Source: Promethearchaeota archaeon
GTDB taxonomy: Archaea > Asgardarchaeota > Lokiarchaeia > Sigyniarchaeales > SOKP01
Assembly: GCA_019058365.1 (NCBI GenBank)
Contig: JAHPZE010000006.1
Coordinates: 96,001-160,000, forward strand
Length of the DNA stretch: 64,000 bases
Reading direction: 5' to 3'
This document shows positions 40,986-51,648 of this stretch, in pieces. Position numbers and translations under genes: made by a program. Each line of letters opens with the position of its first letter. The first letter of the stretch is position 1. Under the pieces are notes generated by a model. That model saw nothing but the letters and a program-made list of their open reading frames with translations, did not search any database and was not told the DNA's origin.

Positions 40986-42335
40986 ATGGTTCACATGTTT
41001 ATTAAAGAAGAAATAAAAACTTTTCAAGAAAATAGACCTCAAACAAGAGAAATATGGCAAAAAGCCCTTAAAGTTTTACCAGGGGGGATTTCTCATAATA
41101 TTCGCACATTTGGTCTTCCATTAATTGGAGCCTTTCCAGTCTTCATTAATTCTGCGTTTGGCCCTTATCTTATAGATATTGATGGTATTAAATATATCGA
41201 CTGTTGGAATGGTCACTTTGCTATGATTCTTGGTCATAATCCTCCTAAAGTTCAAGAAGTTCTAAAAGAGTATATAAGCTATGGGTGGCATTTTGGAACA
41301 AATACTGAACACCAAGTTAAATTAGCAGAATGTGTTGTTAAAAATAATCCTGGCATCGAAAAGATAAGATTTTGTACAAGTGGGACAGAAGCTACTATGT
41401 ATGCTACAAGATTAGCACGAGCTTTTACTAAGAAAAGGCTTGTAGCTAAGGCAGGATTAGGATGGCATGGAGCTAATGATACACTTTATTATGCGGTAGG
41501 AAGTTTAAATAGCAACCTTTTTTCCCCTGGACTTTCAACACCAAAAGACGCGGGAATATTAACTTTCGAAATCAATAGTGAAGATATATTTGATTTAATA
41601 AAAATAAATAAAGATGATTTAGCTGCTGTAATTTTAGAACCTATTTTAGGAGGTGGTGGGGGATTTCCAGCTAAAATTGAGTTTTTAAAAAGATTACGAG
41701 AAGAAACTGAACACTACGATATACTTTTAATTTTTGATGAAGTCATTACTGGGTACCGTTTTACCAATGCTTTATTTCAAACTGCAATAAAAGTAATACC
41801 AGATTTAACTACGATGGGAAAAATTATCGGTGGTGGGATGCCAATAGGAGCTATAGGTGGAAAAAGAGAAATCATTGATCGTTCTAGCCCAGAAGCAGAG
41901 AATCAAGTGTTAATTGGAGGAGGTACTTTTTCTGGATACCCCTTGAGTATGATAGCAGGATTAAAAACCATAGAGATATTAAATCAGTCTCAACAAGAAT
42001 ATCTTCGAATAAATAAAGAAGGAAATGCATTATTAACTAATCTAAATCGATTTTTTAGTGAAGAAAGATTGCCACTTATCGCCAAAGGATATAAATCAAT
42101 AATTATGCTTCACGCACTTACAAAATGGATTGAACAACCTTCACTACGAGAAATAATTGAATTTAAGGATAAAAAGCGAGAAGCTTTACTTCAATTATCG
42201 CTTTTCAATAGGAATATTTCGGGTTTACATGGTTTGGGTTCTATTTCTATGGCACATACTCATGAACATATTAAGAAAATACAAGAAGTAGTGGAAGAGA
42301 TAGCACATCCAGTCTCTCAAACAAATCTAAGTTGA
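40986..42335 (+). CDS. Class III PLP aminotransferase (glutamate-1-semialdehyde aminomutase-like)
   Basis: LPGG, DIDG.KYID, SGTEATM, WHG, FDEVITGYR, TMGKIIGGG. Confidence 0.9.
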   Translation: MVHMFIKEEIKTFQENRPQTREIWQKALKVLPGGISHNIRTFGLPLIGAFPVFINSAFGPYLIDIDGIKYIDCWNGHFAMILGHNPPKVQEVLKEYISYGWHFGTNTEHQVKLAECVVKNNPGIEKIRFCTSGTEATMYATRLARAFTKKRLVAKAGLGWHGANDTLYYAVGSLNSNLFSPGLSTPKDAGILTFEINSEDIFDLIKINKDDLAAVILEPILGGGGGFPAKIEFLKRLREETEHYDILLIFDEVITGYRFTNALFQTAIKVIPDLTTMGKIIGGGMPIGAIGGKREIIDRSSPEAENQVLIGGGTFSGYPLSMIAGLKTIEILNQSQQEYLRINKEGNALLTNLNRFFSEERLPLIAKGYKSIIMLHALTKWIEQPSLREIIEFKDKKREALLQLSLFNRNISGLHGLGSISMAHTHEHIKKIQEVVEEIAHPVSQTNLS

Positions 42336-42411
42336 AATTTTAAAAAAAAAAAAGTTAAAGTAAAATTCTAAAATTTGTTTTGTATTAGAATTCTTTGGAA
42401 AGTGAAGGGTT

Positions 42412-43443
42412 ATGAGTAAGAAATTTAATGTAATACAAGTGGGATTAGGACCAATGGGGAAATTAATAACAAACCTCCTTCTTAAACGAAAAAATATTAA
42501 TCTAATTGGAGCAGTCGATATTAATCCACAACTTGTAGGTAAACATTTGATTGAAGTACTTGATGTTGATGATAAATCTGAGATTGTTATTCAATCTAAT
42601 TTAGAAAGTGTGTTTTCCCAAGAAAAAGTTGATGTTGTTATTATTGCTACTTCTTCTTCGTTAGAAAAAGTTGCTCCCACAATTAAGCAAGCAGTTAAAT
42701 CGGGAAGCAATGTTATTTCAATTTGTGAGGAATTATCTTATCCTTTCCAAAATTATCCAATACTTTCTAAAGAATTAGATCAAATAGCAAAAACTCATAA
42801 TGTCTCTATTGTTGGGACGGGAATTAATCCCGGTTATCTAATGGATTTATTGCCAATTGCTATTACTGCACCATGTCAAGAAATAAAGTTAATTAAAGTA
42901 ACGAGAATGATGAATTCAGCAAAAAGAAGAGAACCTTTCCAACGTAAAATAGGGACTGGGTTAACAATTGAAGAATTTCATCAAAAATTAAGCCAAAAAG
43001 AAATTACTGGTCATGTAGGCTTAACGCAATCTATCCAAATGATTGTAGCAGCTTTAGGTCTCGAATATGATGAACTCATTGAATTCCCTCCTAAAGAAGT
43101 AATTACTGAAAAAGAATTTACGACATCTTATGATGAGCAAGTAAAAAAAGGGTATGTTTGTGGTCTACAGAGTAAAGCTGTAGCTAAAAACAAAGGTAAG
43201 GATATTATTTTTTTAGATTTTATAGCTTATGCAGGAAAACATGAAGAATTTGATAGTATAGAAATAGAAGGTATTCCAAACATACATCAAAAAATAATTG
43301 GGGGTGTTCATGGCGATATAGGAACTGCTGCTATGGTTGTTAATTTAATTCCTAAAATAATGCATGCTAAACCGGGCTTATTAACAATGAAGGATCTCCC
43401 AGTACCCTGCTACACCAAAAATTTATGGAAAAATTCGGATTGA
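42412..43443 (+). CDS. 2,4-diaminopentanoate dehydrogenase (Ord)-like NAD(P)-dependent amine dehydrogenase
   Basis: GLGPMG, NVISICEEL, GTGINPGYLMD, GHVGL, GDIGTAA, PGLLTMKDLP. Confidence 0.8.
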   Translation: MSKKFNVIQVGLGPMGKLITNLLLKRKNINLIGAVDINPQLVGKHLIEVLDVDDKSEIVIQSNLESVFSQEKVDVVIIATSSSLEKVAPTIKQAVKSGSNVISICEELSYPFQNYPILSKELDQIAKTHNVSIVGTGINPGYLMDLLPIAITAPCQEIKLIKVTRMMNSAKRREPFQRKIGTGLTIEEFHQKLSQKEITGHVGLTQSIQMIVAALGLEYDELIEFPPKEVITEKEFTTSYDEQVKKGYVCGLQSKAVAKNKGKDIIFLDFIAYAGKHEEFDSIEIEGIPNIHQKIIGGVHGDIGTAAMVVNLIPKIMHAKPGLLTMKDLPVPCYTKNLWKNSD

Positions 43444-43839
43444 CTTTTATATTATCCAAAGTTAACTAAATTTATTGTCAAAAAATAAAAAAAAATATTT
43501 AGTATTAATATTTAAGGCTTAATCTATTCCCCAGAGGATTTCTTTTTTATTTTTTTCTTAATTAATAGAGATTATGTATAGGGTTTCATTAATAGTTTCA
43601 ATAGTCAAAGGCTCACTGTAGTTTCGAATTACTATGGGAATACTTGTTGATAAATAGGAATAAATAGATTTATTATCGACATTGATTATACGTAGTATGA
43701 TAAATTCAGTTCTGATAATCAATTACTTACATTTTTATCAATAGTTAACATAGACTTTTTAGTAAACAATATAAGAAATCATTGTATATTTTTTAGTTAG
43801 AATATCAATTGTATATTTATCATTAAGATGGCGAAATAA

Positions 43840-46800
43840 ATGAGAAATAGAAAAAATTTTACTGTTATAATATTATTATTGTTATTTCTTCAAACTTTTA
43901 TTGGAATAATACCCCTTAATTTTCTTAATTTTAATGATAAAGAGAGAAATGAAACTCAAAAGATTGATCTTAAATATTCAGATATTATAATTGGAAACTA
44001 CACAGTTCCAGGAGTTTCAAGTCCAGTTTCCCTAAATCACTTAATTAGAATAGGATTGCTAGATGATATGAATGATATTACTGGCGATCACGCTTGGAAA
44101 GGAGCATTATTAGCTGCTAAACACATTAACGAGGCTGGTGGTATTGATATTTATGGGAATGGTACAAATCATTATATAGGTTTGACTGCTGAGGATACAG
44201 ATGAAGCTAACATAGCTATGGATGTATCAAAGGGAGTAGCTGCTGCAAATAGAATGATAACATATAATAATCCCCATTTTATTATAGGAGGATATAGAGA
44301 AGAAGCTGTGTCAGCTTATCAGGAAGTTATAATGGATGCTCAAATCCCTTTTTTAAGTACTGGAGTTTCAACTGATATTTTCACTCAAAATGTCTTGAAT
44401 GATTATGAACGCTATAAATATTTCTTTCGAATCATGCCAATGAATAGTACCTCACTTGGTACAGTACTTATTTATTATTTAGGTTTTCTTTGTACCAATT
44501 TAGGTGCAATTTATGGTGGCACATTGAATAAAGTAGCTATTTTTCGAGAAGATTTACCTTGGACAGAACCATTAAGTAATGCTCTTAATTTAACTTTAGG
44601 AGCTTGGGGGATAACTGTTGTACAAGAAATCGCCTTTCCCATAACTGCAACTTCAACAGATTTTAATACCTATTGGAATATGATTGAAAGTGCGGGTGTT
44701 CAATTAACAATTCCGTTGGTAACGGAGGGTTCTGGTGCAATTAAAATGATACAACAATATAGGGCGGTAAAACCAAAATGTCTCTTAGCAGGTATTAATC
44801 TACTTTCCCAATTAGATACTTATTGGGATTATACTGAAGGTGCATGTCAATATGAAATTACAATGCAAGCTATCCATAGAACCAATAAAACTTTCATGAC
44901 AATCCCGTTCTGGGATAGTTTTGTTTCAGAATATAATATGGAGCCATTTTATACTGGAGTTGGATCCTATGATGCGATACAATTATTAGCAGATGTTTGT
45001 GATGCGATAAATTCATTTAATTCAACTAACATTATTACAGCATTAGAGGGATTTAATAAAACTAACCCTTATGTAGGTATTAGTGCTCAAATAGCCTTTA
45101 CTAGTTCTCACGATTTGTTGGCAGGATATCCTTATGCTTCTACTCTTTTTACTCAATGGCAATTGGATGGAAAAAAAGTCACCATTCCTTCATTTGTCCC
45201 TTCAATCTACTCTGGATATTATCCAAGTTCTCTTTCCACAGGTCAAATTTCAATTCCGTACTGGGGCATTAATAATCTTGTAGCAGCACAGGACTTACCG
45301 GGAGATTTCATTCTAAATGATACTGCTGACTTCCAAGATAGGGATGGTAACTTTAATTTGACTTGGACGAACTCTACTGGTGCCGATAATTATTCTGTAT
45401 ACATGCATGACAAGTCTATTACTTACATAAACGATAACCTTGAACTATTAGCTGATCATAATGCACATTCTTCTTATCAAATTTCAGGATTAAAAACTGG
45501 AAAGTATTATTTTGTTGTAGTGGCGTATAATGGAACCGGTGAAAAATTGTCGAATAATGATGTAATAAATGTAGAACGTCCTAGGCCAGGAAATTTCACC
45601 CTAACTAGTGATGCTGGTAACCCAGATACCGATGGTTCTTTTAATTTGACTTGGACTGATTCAGAAGGAGTAGATAATTATTCTATATTTACTTATAATC
45701 ATTTCATTACTGAGATTAATGAAAGTGTCACTATCCTTGCAAATCAAACAGCAACCTCACCCTTTCCAATCACAGGGTTATCAAGCGGAAATTATTATTT
45801 CGTAGTTATAGCATACAATGCAACTGGAGAAACGATATCCAATAACGTTAATGTAACAGTAAAGATACCTCCGGGACAATTTACATTATCTTCAGATGCT
45901 TATACTCCTTTTGATACCGATGGAGCTTTTAACCTTACTTGGACAGAGTCAACTGTGGCTGATAATTATTCTGTTTATCAGTATTCCCGATATATTACCG
46001 TTATAAATGACAGTCTCATTCCTCTTGAGATCGCAACAAGTAATACATCATTCCAGATTACTTATTTGCCAAGTGGAACTTATTATTTTATTGTTATGGC
46101 AAATAACAGTTATGGCTATAATCTTTCGAATTGTATTAATATAACTATTCAAATTTATGATGAATTAAGTGGTTATTGGATATTAAACCCATTTCTTATT
46201 GATAATACTGGTGTTGGTGATTATACTTGGTTGGAAGTTGCAGCCTTACCATGGTGTAGTGGTTCTGGAACATCAGTTGCCCCTTATATAATAGAAGCTA
46301 TTAAAATTAATGGGCAAAATTCTGGTAGTTGTATTATAGTTCGAAACTCTAGTGTTTACTTTAAATTAAGAAATTGCTCATGTTATAATTCTGGTAATGC
46401 CCTAAATGACGCGGGAATTAAATTAATTAATTTAACAAATGGAATTCTAAAATATATTAATTGTTCTTTTAACGATGGAAATGGAATTCTTTTAGACCTA
46501 TGTCAAAATGTAACCATAACGAGTAGCACTGTTAATAATAATAGTCTAAACGGCATTAAGTTAATAGATAGTGATTACATAAATATTTCGGATAACATGG
46601 ATACAATTAATTGGAATAGCGAGTATGGCATTTCTTTAGAACATAGCGATTATAATGAGATTAGGGGAAATATGATAAATTATAATACAATTGGAGTTTA
46701 CCTTTATGAATCTAACTATAATACTATAACAGATAATGATTTAACAAATAATGATCAACCCTATGAACAAGTAGGTAGTATTGGAAATATTATTCATAGT

Positions 46801-47649
46801 AATCTTGGTGTATCGGAGGAAACACCATTTCCTTTTGATATTTTAATTATCGTTCTGATAATTGGATTAGTAGTTGTTGGAGTTGTAGGTGCTGTATTAA
46901 TAGTAAAGAAGAGAACTTCTACATCCGGATTGAAGAAAAAAGAAATAAGTGAGAAAAAAAGACTAAAAATAAGAAGAAAACTTGAAGCAAAATTAATTTT
47001 TGTTGATGATCTCATAAAGGAGAGAAATATAAAATCGGCTTATAAAAATTTAGGTAAAATACAAGATACAGCTGATCAATATGAATTCTTTGGTATATTT
47101 AATGAAGCAACGGAAAAAATTGAATATTGTAAGGATATTCAACAAGGAATTTATGAAGAAGCTAAGAGGGAGTCTGTAATTACTCCTTTAGTATCAGAAA
47201 GCTTTGAAAAAGAAACTCAGATCGCACCCGTATCAAAAAAAGTAGAAGAACCAACGCACAATATCTTTATAAGTTATTCTACTTTAGACGCAGAATATTT
47301 TCAAATAAATAAAATTGTGAAAAAGCTTAAAAAATATCCTGAAATTGAGAACGTCCTATACTGGGAAAGGGATAGTAAAGAAAATATAGTTGAATTTATG
47401 GATAGAACTCTGAAAGAAAGTGATGTTTTTATCCTCTTTTGCAGTGAAAGATCGCTGAATTCTGCAGCTGTAAGTGATGAGTGGCAGGCAGCGTTTCAAC
47501 GTAGAAAAAAAGGGTTAATTAAAATGATTCCTGTTTATGAAGATGAAAAATATGTTCCCCCAATTTTAGGCCATTTATTAAATGTGAAGTATACAAAAGA
47601 TGATTTTGATAGTTTTATTGAGAAACTTCATCGAGAAATCTTGAGATGA
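43840..47649 (+). CDS. Single-pass receptor-like protein: Venus-flytrap (Liv-type) domain - 3x FN3/Ig-like - NosD-like beta-helix - TM - TIR
   Basis: N-terminal hydrophobic segment; IRIGLL...GALLAAKHINEAGGI...YFFRI...YDAIQLL; 3x PGxFxL..DA..D.DG.FNLTWT.S..ADNYS...YYFxV.A.N; N-rich beta-helix; TM ILIIVLIIGLVVVGVVGAVLIV-KKR; IFISYS...FILFCS..S..S..V.DEW...MIPV. Confidence 0.85.
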   Translation: MRNRKNFTVIILLLLFLQTFIGIIPLNFLNFNDKERNETQKIDLKYSDIIIGNYTVPGVSSPVSLNHLIRIGLLDDMNDITGDHAWKGALLAAKHINEAGGIDIYGNGTNHYIGLTAEDTDEANIAMDVSKGVAAANRMITYNNPHFIIGGYREEAVSAYQEVIMDAQIPFLSTGVSTDIFTQNVLNDYERYKYFFRIMPMNSTSLGTVLIYYLGFLCTNLGAIYGGTLNKVAIFREDLPWTEPLSNALNLTLGAWGITVVQEIAFPITATSTDFNTYWNMIESAGVQLTIPLVTEGSGAIKMIQQYRAVKPKCLLAGINLLSQLDTYWDYTEGACQYEITMQAIHRTNKTFMTIPFWDSFVSEYNMEPFYTGVGSYDAIQLLADVCDAINSFNSTNIITALEGFNKTNPYVGISAQIAFTSSHDLLAGYPYASTLFTQWQLDGKKVTIPSFVPSIYSGYYPSSLSTGQISIPYWGINNLVAAQDLPGDFILNDTADFQDRDGNFNLTWTNSTGADNYSVYMHDKSITYINDNLELLADHNAHSSYQISGLKTGKYYFVVVAYNGTGEKLSNNDVINVERPRPGNFTLTSDAGNPDTDGSFNLTWTDSEGVDNYSIFTYNHFITEINESVTILANQTATSPFPITGLSSGNYYFVVIAYNATGETISNNVNVTVKIPPGQFTLSSDAYTPFDTDGAFNLTWTESTVADNYSVYQYSRYITVINDSLIPLEIATSNTSFQITYLPSGTYYFIVMANNSYGYNLSNCINITIQIYDELSGYWILNPFLIDNTGVGDYTWLEVAALPWCSGSGTSVAPYIIEAIKINGQNSGSCIIVRNSSVYFKLRNCSCYNSGNALNDAGIKLINLTNGILKYINCSFNDGNGILLDLCQNVTITSSTVNNNSLNGIKLIDSDYINISDNMDTINWNSEYGISLEHSDYNEIRGNMINYNTIGVYLYESNYNTITDNDLTNNDQPYEQVGSIGNIIHSNLGVSEETPFPFDILIIVLIIGLVVVGVVGAVLIVKKRTSTSGLKKKEISEKKRLKIRRKLEAKLIFVDDLIKERNIKSAYKNLGKIQDTADQYEFFGIFNEATEKIEYCKDIQQGIYEEAKRESVITPLVSESFEKETQIAPVSKKVEEPTHNIFISYSTLDAEYFQINKIVKKLKKYPEIENVLYWERDSKENIVEFMDRTLKESDVFILFCSERSLNSAAVSDEWQAAFQRRKKGLIKMIPVYEDEKYVPPILGHLLNVKYTKDDFDSFIEKLHREILR

Positions 47650-47721
47650 CTCTTATTAATTATCAACGAAGCTAATTTCTCTAAAATCTCAATTTGAATT
47701 TAAAATATGAAAAAAATTGAA

Positions 47722-48678
47722 TTAAATTGCAGCATTAATTGGAAAGTATAGCACGATTGATAAAAGTGCCGCCATTGGAAATGTTAAAAACCAGATTAAC
47801 ACTATTTTCCACATACCTTTTTTAGTAGGAGTATAACTTGCTTTAGATAAACCTACTAAAGAAGCCACTAACATATGCGATCCTGATAAAGGAATTCCTA
47901 ATGCAGTACCAACAAATAATATTGCTGCTGTAGGAATTTGTGCTGCAAAAGCGGTGCTTGGATACAACTCTGTAATTCTTCCAACGCTTTTTATGACACT
48001 TCGACCTAAAACTATTAATCCTCCCGCTAAACTGAATCCCGTTATTAAAAGAAGAAGATTTATTTGTATATCTCCAATACCCACAACAATTCCCACCGCA
48101 TTTGAACAATCATTTCCTGATCTTGAGAATGCAGTGATACAAATAACTATTAGAACTATATAAGTGAAAGTTTTTTCGGTTTTTTCTAAACTCTGAAATC
48201 CATTTAAGTGTTTAACTTTGTATTTACGCATAAGTTTAAAAACAAAAAATGAGACAATATACCCAATAATCGGAGATAAAACCCACCAAATACTCAATTC
48301 AATAATTTTTAGCCAATCAAGACTAGCATTAAGAGCTATTCCAAGACCTATAACCGCTCCGATAGTTGCATGAGTAGTTGAGATCGGTAATCCCAAAGCA
48401 GATGATAATATTAACCAAATAGCAGTAGATAATAAAATTGTTATTACAATTGCATTATTAAGATCAGCCAAAATGCCTTTACCTATAGTCTTGCTTACAG
48501 CTTCACCTAATATAAGTGCTCCTGTTATTGCGAAAATTGTAGCTAAAATCAGAATACGTTTCATATTTAGAATTCTTGAACCATAGATTCCAGCAAATGT
48601 TTCATCATTTCCACCAATTCCAAACGCGATTATTATCGCTATGAATAAAAAAATTGCTAATATTGCGGAAAAAGCCAT
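47722..48678 (-). CDS. PiT-family inorganic phosphate transporter
   Basis: GGNDE, GLPISTTH, GND, GIPLSGSH. Confidence 0.92.
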   Translation of the reverse strand: MAFSAILAIFLFIAIIIAFGIGGNDETFAGIYGSRILNMKRILILATIFAITGALILGEAVSKTIGKGILADLNNAIVITILLSTAIWLILSSALGLPISTTHATIGAVIGLGIALNASLDWLKIIELSIWWVLSPIIGYIVSFFVFKLMRKYKVKHLNGFQSLEKTEKTFTYIVLIVICITAFSRSGNDCSNAVGIVVGIGDIQINLLLLITGFSLAGGLIVLGRSVIKSVGRITELYPSTAFAAQIPTAAILFVGTALGIPLSGSHMLVASLVGLSKASYTPTKKGMWKIVLIWFLTFPMAALLSIVLYFPINAAI

Positions 48679-48693
48679 TTAAATCTCCTCTAA

Positions 48694-49350
48694 TTATTTG
48701 CTTGGATATTTCACAATCAAACTTCTTAGAAAATCACTAATTTCTTCAGCTCTTTCAATCATATCATATAATTTAATGCATATTTTTGATATTAAATATA
48801 TTTGAAGAGATTTTTCTTCTGATTTTTTATATATTACTCCTAAGATCTTAAATTTGGAATCACGACCGCTTCTCTTTAGTGTTTCTATATTGAATGATAT
48901 TTCATATGCTGTTTTAAAATCTGTCTCCATAAGGTTTATCATTTCGATTAGTAATTTCACAGTTTCTTCATATGTATCATTAAGTTTTTCCATTTCCTCC
49001 TTTATATCATCATAAAGATTAAAAGGAAAAACTAGTAAACCACGAGCAAGTTCTTCTGATCTATCAGAAATAATATCCAAATATTTAATTAATCTATATC
49101 GATCCTCAACTAAGAAAGGGAGAGACCTCTTATCTTCATAAAGAACATTAATATATTTTTCTTTTGCAACATCACCATTATGTTCGCATTGTATAACTTC
49201 TTCTAATTTATTTTTATTCAGTTTTCCTTCGATTAAATCATTAATACATGCATGCAACAAGTCTGAACCTCTTAAAACTTGTGTACGAAATTCGTTTGCT
49301 ACCTCTAATAATTTACTTTTTTTATCTTTTAATAATTTCAATCTATTCAC
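48694..49350 (-). CDS. DUF47 (PhoU-like) phosphate transport regulator
   Basis: EHNGD, EDR, LD.ISDRSE; upstream of the PiT gene. Confidence 0.88.
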   Translation of the reverse strand: MNRLKLLKDKKSKLLEVANEFRTQVLRGSDLLHACINDLIEGKLNKNKLEEVIQCEHNGDVAKEKYINVLYEDKRSLPFLVEDRYRLIKYLDIISDRSEELARGLLVFPFNLYDDIKEEMEKLNDTYEETVKLLIEMINLMETDFKTAYEISFNIETLKRSGRDSKFKILGVIYKKSEEKSLQIYLISKICIKLYDMIERAEEISDFLRSLIVKYPSK

Positions 49351-49512
49351 ACCAACAATTAAAAATCAAAAACTATTTTTTTTAATCTCATTTATTATTT
49401 GTTTCTTAAAAAAAATTACTTTTTTTGGGCTTGATCTCTATGTATAAGAACCGAATTAAGGTCGAGAAAAAAATTTTATATTATTAAATTTTCTTTATTT
49501 TAAGAAAAATAG

Positions 49513-50085
49513 TTGCTACTAATCTTGCCATTTCTTGAAATAAATTTAGAGGATATAATCTTTGATCCGAAAGTGCAAACTTATTGTATTAGTCCTAATT
49601 TTAAATGCCCCAGTTATGGTCATTCCTGGGCTTGTCCACCTGAAGCTCCATATTTAGAATATGAGGTCTCTACATATAAAAAATTTTATCTTGTTTATAT
49701 CAAATTTGATTTGAGTGCTTATATTGAAGAAATTAAATCAAAACATCCAAAAAGAAGTGAAAAAAGTATTCGAAACGTATTCTTTATGAAAAACCTTTTA
49801 CGAGATGTATTAGAGAAAGAAATTTTAAAATTTATCGAAGAAATACAAATTTTATATGAAGAAAAGCTTATCTTATGGGATGGTTTTTGTAGAATATGTT
49901 TTAATAAGAAAGATAAAGGATGTACTTATGATGCCGGTGAACCTTGTCGTTATCCCAACAAAAAAAGATATTCTATGGAAGCTGTAGGGATCGATGTAAC
50001 TCAGACTGTTAAAAATTTAGAATTTAAAATAGAATGGCCGCCTAATAATTATGTGTATCGTTTTGGTTTAGTATGTTTTAAATAA
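49513..50085 (+). CDS. DUF2284 predicted metal-binding protein
   Basis: CPSYGHSWACPP, CRIC, CRYP, SMEAVGIDV. Confidence 0.85.
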   Translation: MLLILPFLEINLEDIIFDPKVQTYCISPNFKCPSYGHSWACPPEAPYLEYEVSTYKKFYLVYIKFDLSAYIEEIKSKHPKRSEKSIRNVFFMKNLLRDVLEKEILKFIEEIQILYEEKLILWDGFCRICFNKKDKGCTYDAGEPCRYPNKKRYSMEAVGIDVTQTVKNLEFKIEWPPNNYVYRFGLVCFK

Positions 50086-50109
50086 ATCAAAATTGAGTAT
50101 AGAAAAAAA

Positions 50110-51423
50110 TTAAAAATTAATATCTTCTAATACTATAGTTTCTCTTCTATCTGGTCCAATAGAAACCATAGCAATATCAGTGTTAAGTAATTCCTTAATA
50201 GATTGAATATATATTCTCATTGGCTCTGGAAGGGCATCATATCCCTTTTTGGCAATATTTAACCATTCATCTCGAGATTTTGCTTCCCAACCTTCAAAAG
50301 TTTTATAAATTGGTACACAATTTTCAATAATTTCTGATTGGATTGGCCAACTTTCAAGTTTTTTACCGTTAAGTTCATAAGTGGTACATATCTTAATTGG
50401 ATTAATCCCTTCTAAGGCGTCTAAAAGAGTAATTATAACCTTATCAACACCGTTAATCATGATTCCATATTTAATATTAAAAAGGTCTAACCATCCAACT
50501 CTACGTGGTCTTCCGGTTACAGTCCCATATTCATGACCTTGTTCTCGGATTTTATCAGCATTATCATTAAACAATTCTGTTGGGAATTTTCCCTCACCAA
50601 CACGAGAAGTATATGCCTTTACTATTCCAATTATTTTATTTATTTTTTTTGGAGGAATTCCAGTACCTGCAGAAATACCCAATGCATTGGCATTAGATGA
50701 TGTACCATAAGGGTAGTATCCATGATCTATACCAAGTAAACTGCCTTGAGCCGCCTCAAAAAGAATATTTTTTCCAGCATCAAGAGCTTTATTCAAATAA
50801 TATGCTGAATCAATTACATAAGGCTTTAATTGTTCACCATAATTTTTGTATTCTTCATAAATGGTGTCTAAATTAACACTCCAGCTTGGATCATAAATAT
50901 TTATAAGCTCTTTTTTAATTTTAAACAATTTTTCCAATTTTGGTTTTAGAATCTCAGGATTTATTAAGTCAAAGACTCTTAACCCCCACCTAGCTGCTTT
51001 ATCAGAATAAGTAGGACCAATTCCTCTTTTAGTGGTTCCTGCGGCATAATTTCCTTTTGATTCTTCTTCTAATCCATCTAAAATACGGTGAAAGGGAAAA
51101 ATTACATGGGCTGTAGAACTCAGCTTTAAATAAATGTTCTTGTTTAATTTCTTTAGATTTTCAATTTCCTCAAGTAAAACTTTTGGATCAACTACACAAC
51201 CATTAGCTATTACTCCCTCTTTTTCTAAAGGAGCACCAGATGGCATCAATTTAAATTTATATTTAACTCCATTAGCAACAATTGTATGTCCTGCGTTATT
51301 TCCTCCATTATACCTAACAACTATGTCTGCTTTTTGAGCTAAATAATCAACAAATTTACCTTTTCCCTCGTCACCCCACGATAACCCTATAACAGCAATT
51401 GTGTTATTCATAACCATTTCCAA
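50110..51423 (-). CDS. purA: Adenylosuccinate synthetase
   Basis: WGDEGKGK, GGNNAGHT, GTTKRGIGP, EYGTVTGRPRRVGW. Confidence 0.97.
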   Translation of the reverse strand: MEMVMNNTIAVIGLSWGDEGKGKFVDYLAQKADIVVRYNGGNNAGHTIVANGVKYKFKLMPSGAPLEKEGVIANGCVVDPKVLLEEIENLKKLNKNIYLKLSSTAHVIFPFHRILDGLEEESKGNYAAGTTKRGIGPTYSDKAARWGLRVFDLINPEILKPKLEKLFKIKKELINIYDPSWSVNLDTIYEEYKNYGEQLKPYVIDSAYYLNKALDAGKNILFEAAQGSLLGIDHGYYPYGTSSNANALGISAGTGIPPKKINKIIGIVKAYTSRVGEGKFPTELFNDNADKIREQGHEYGTVTGRPRRVGWLDLFNIKYGIMINGVDKVIITLLDALEGINPIKICTTYELNGKKLESWPIQSEIIENCVPIYKTFEGWEAKSRDEWLNIAKKGYDALPEPMRIYIQSIKELLNTDIAMVSIGPDRRETIVLEDINF

Positions 51424-51648
51424 TTTAACATTTTTTTAAATTTACTTCACTTAAAATGATCCAAAAAAGATTATTATATACAGTTTAAAAAATTTTTGGT
51501 AAGCAAGAACGGAAATAAAATAGATAAGTAATGATTTTTATATGCGAATTTTCTTGTAAGTCATAAACTTATTTTATTAAATAATCAATAAAAAATAAGC
51601 CCCTTTTTAAAAACAGCTAAAATCTCTTTCACTTAGGATATAGGAACA

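Noticed and set aside
43560-43725. ~54-codon minus-strand ORF upstream of the receptor
   Set aside because: TTG start, no motif; it may be a gene remnant but cannot be supported.
45290-46160. DNA repeat or mobile element inside the receptor gene
   Set aside because: The recurrent motifs (e.g. TTTAATTTGACTTGGAC, GATAATTATTCT) are explained by the three FN3/Ig-like protein repeats.
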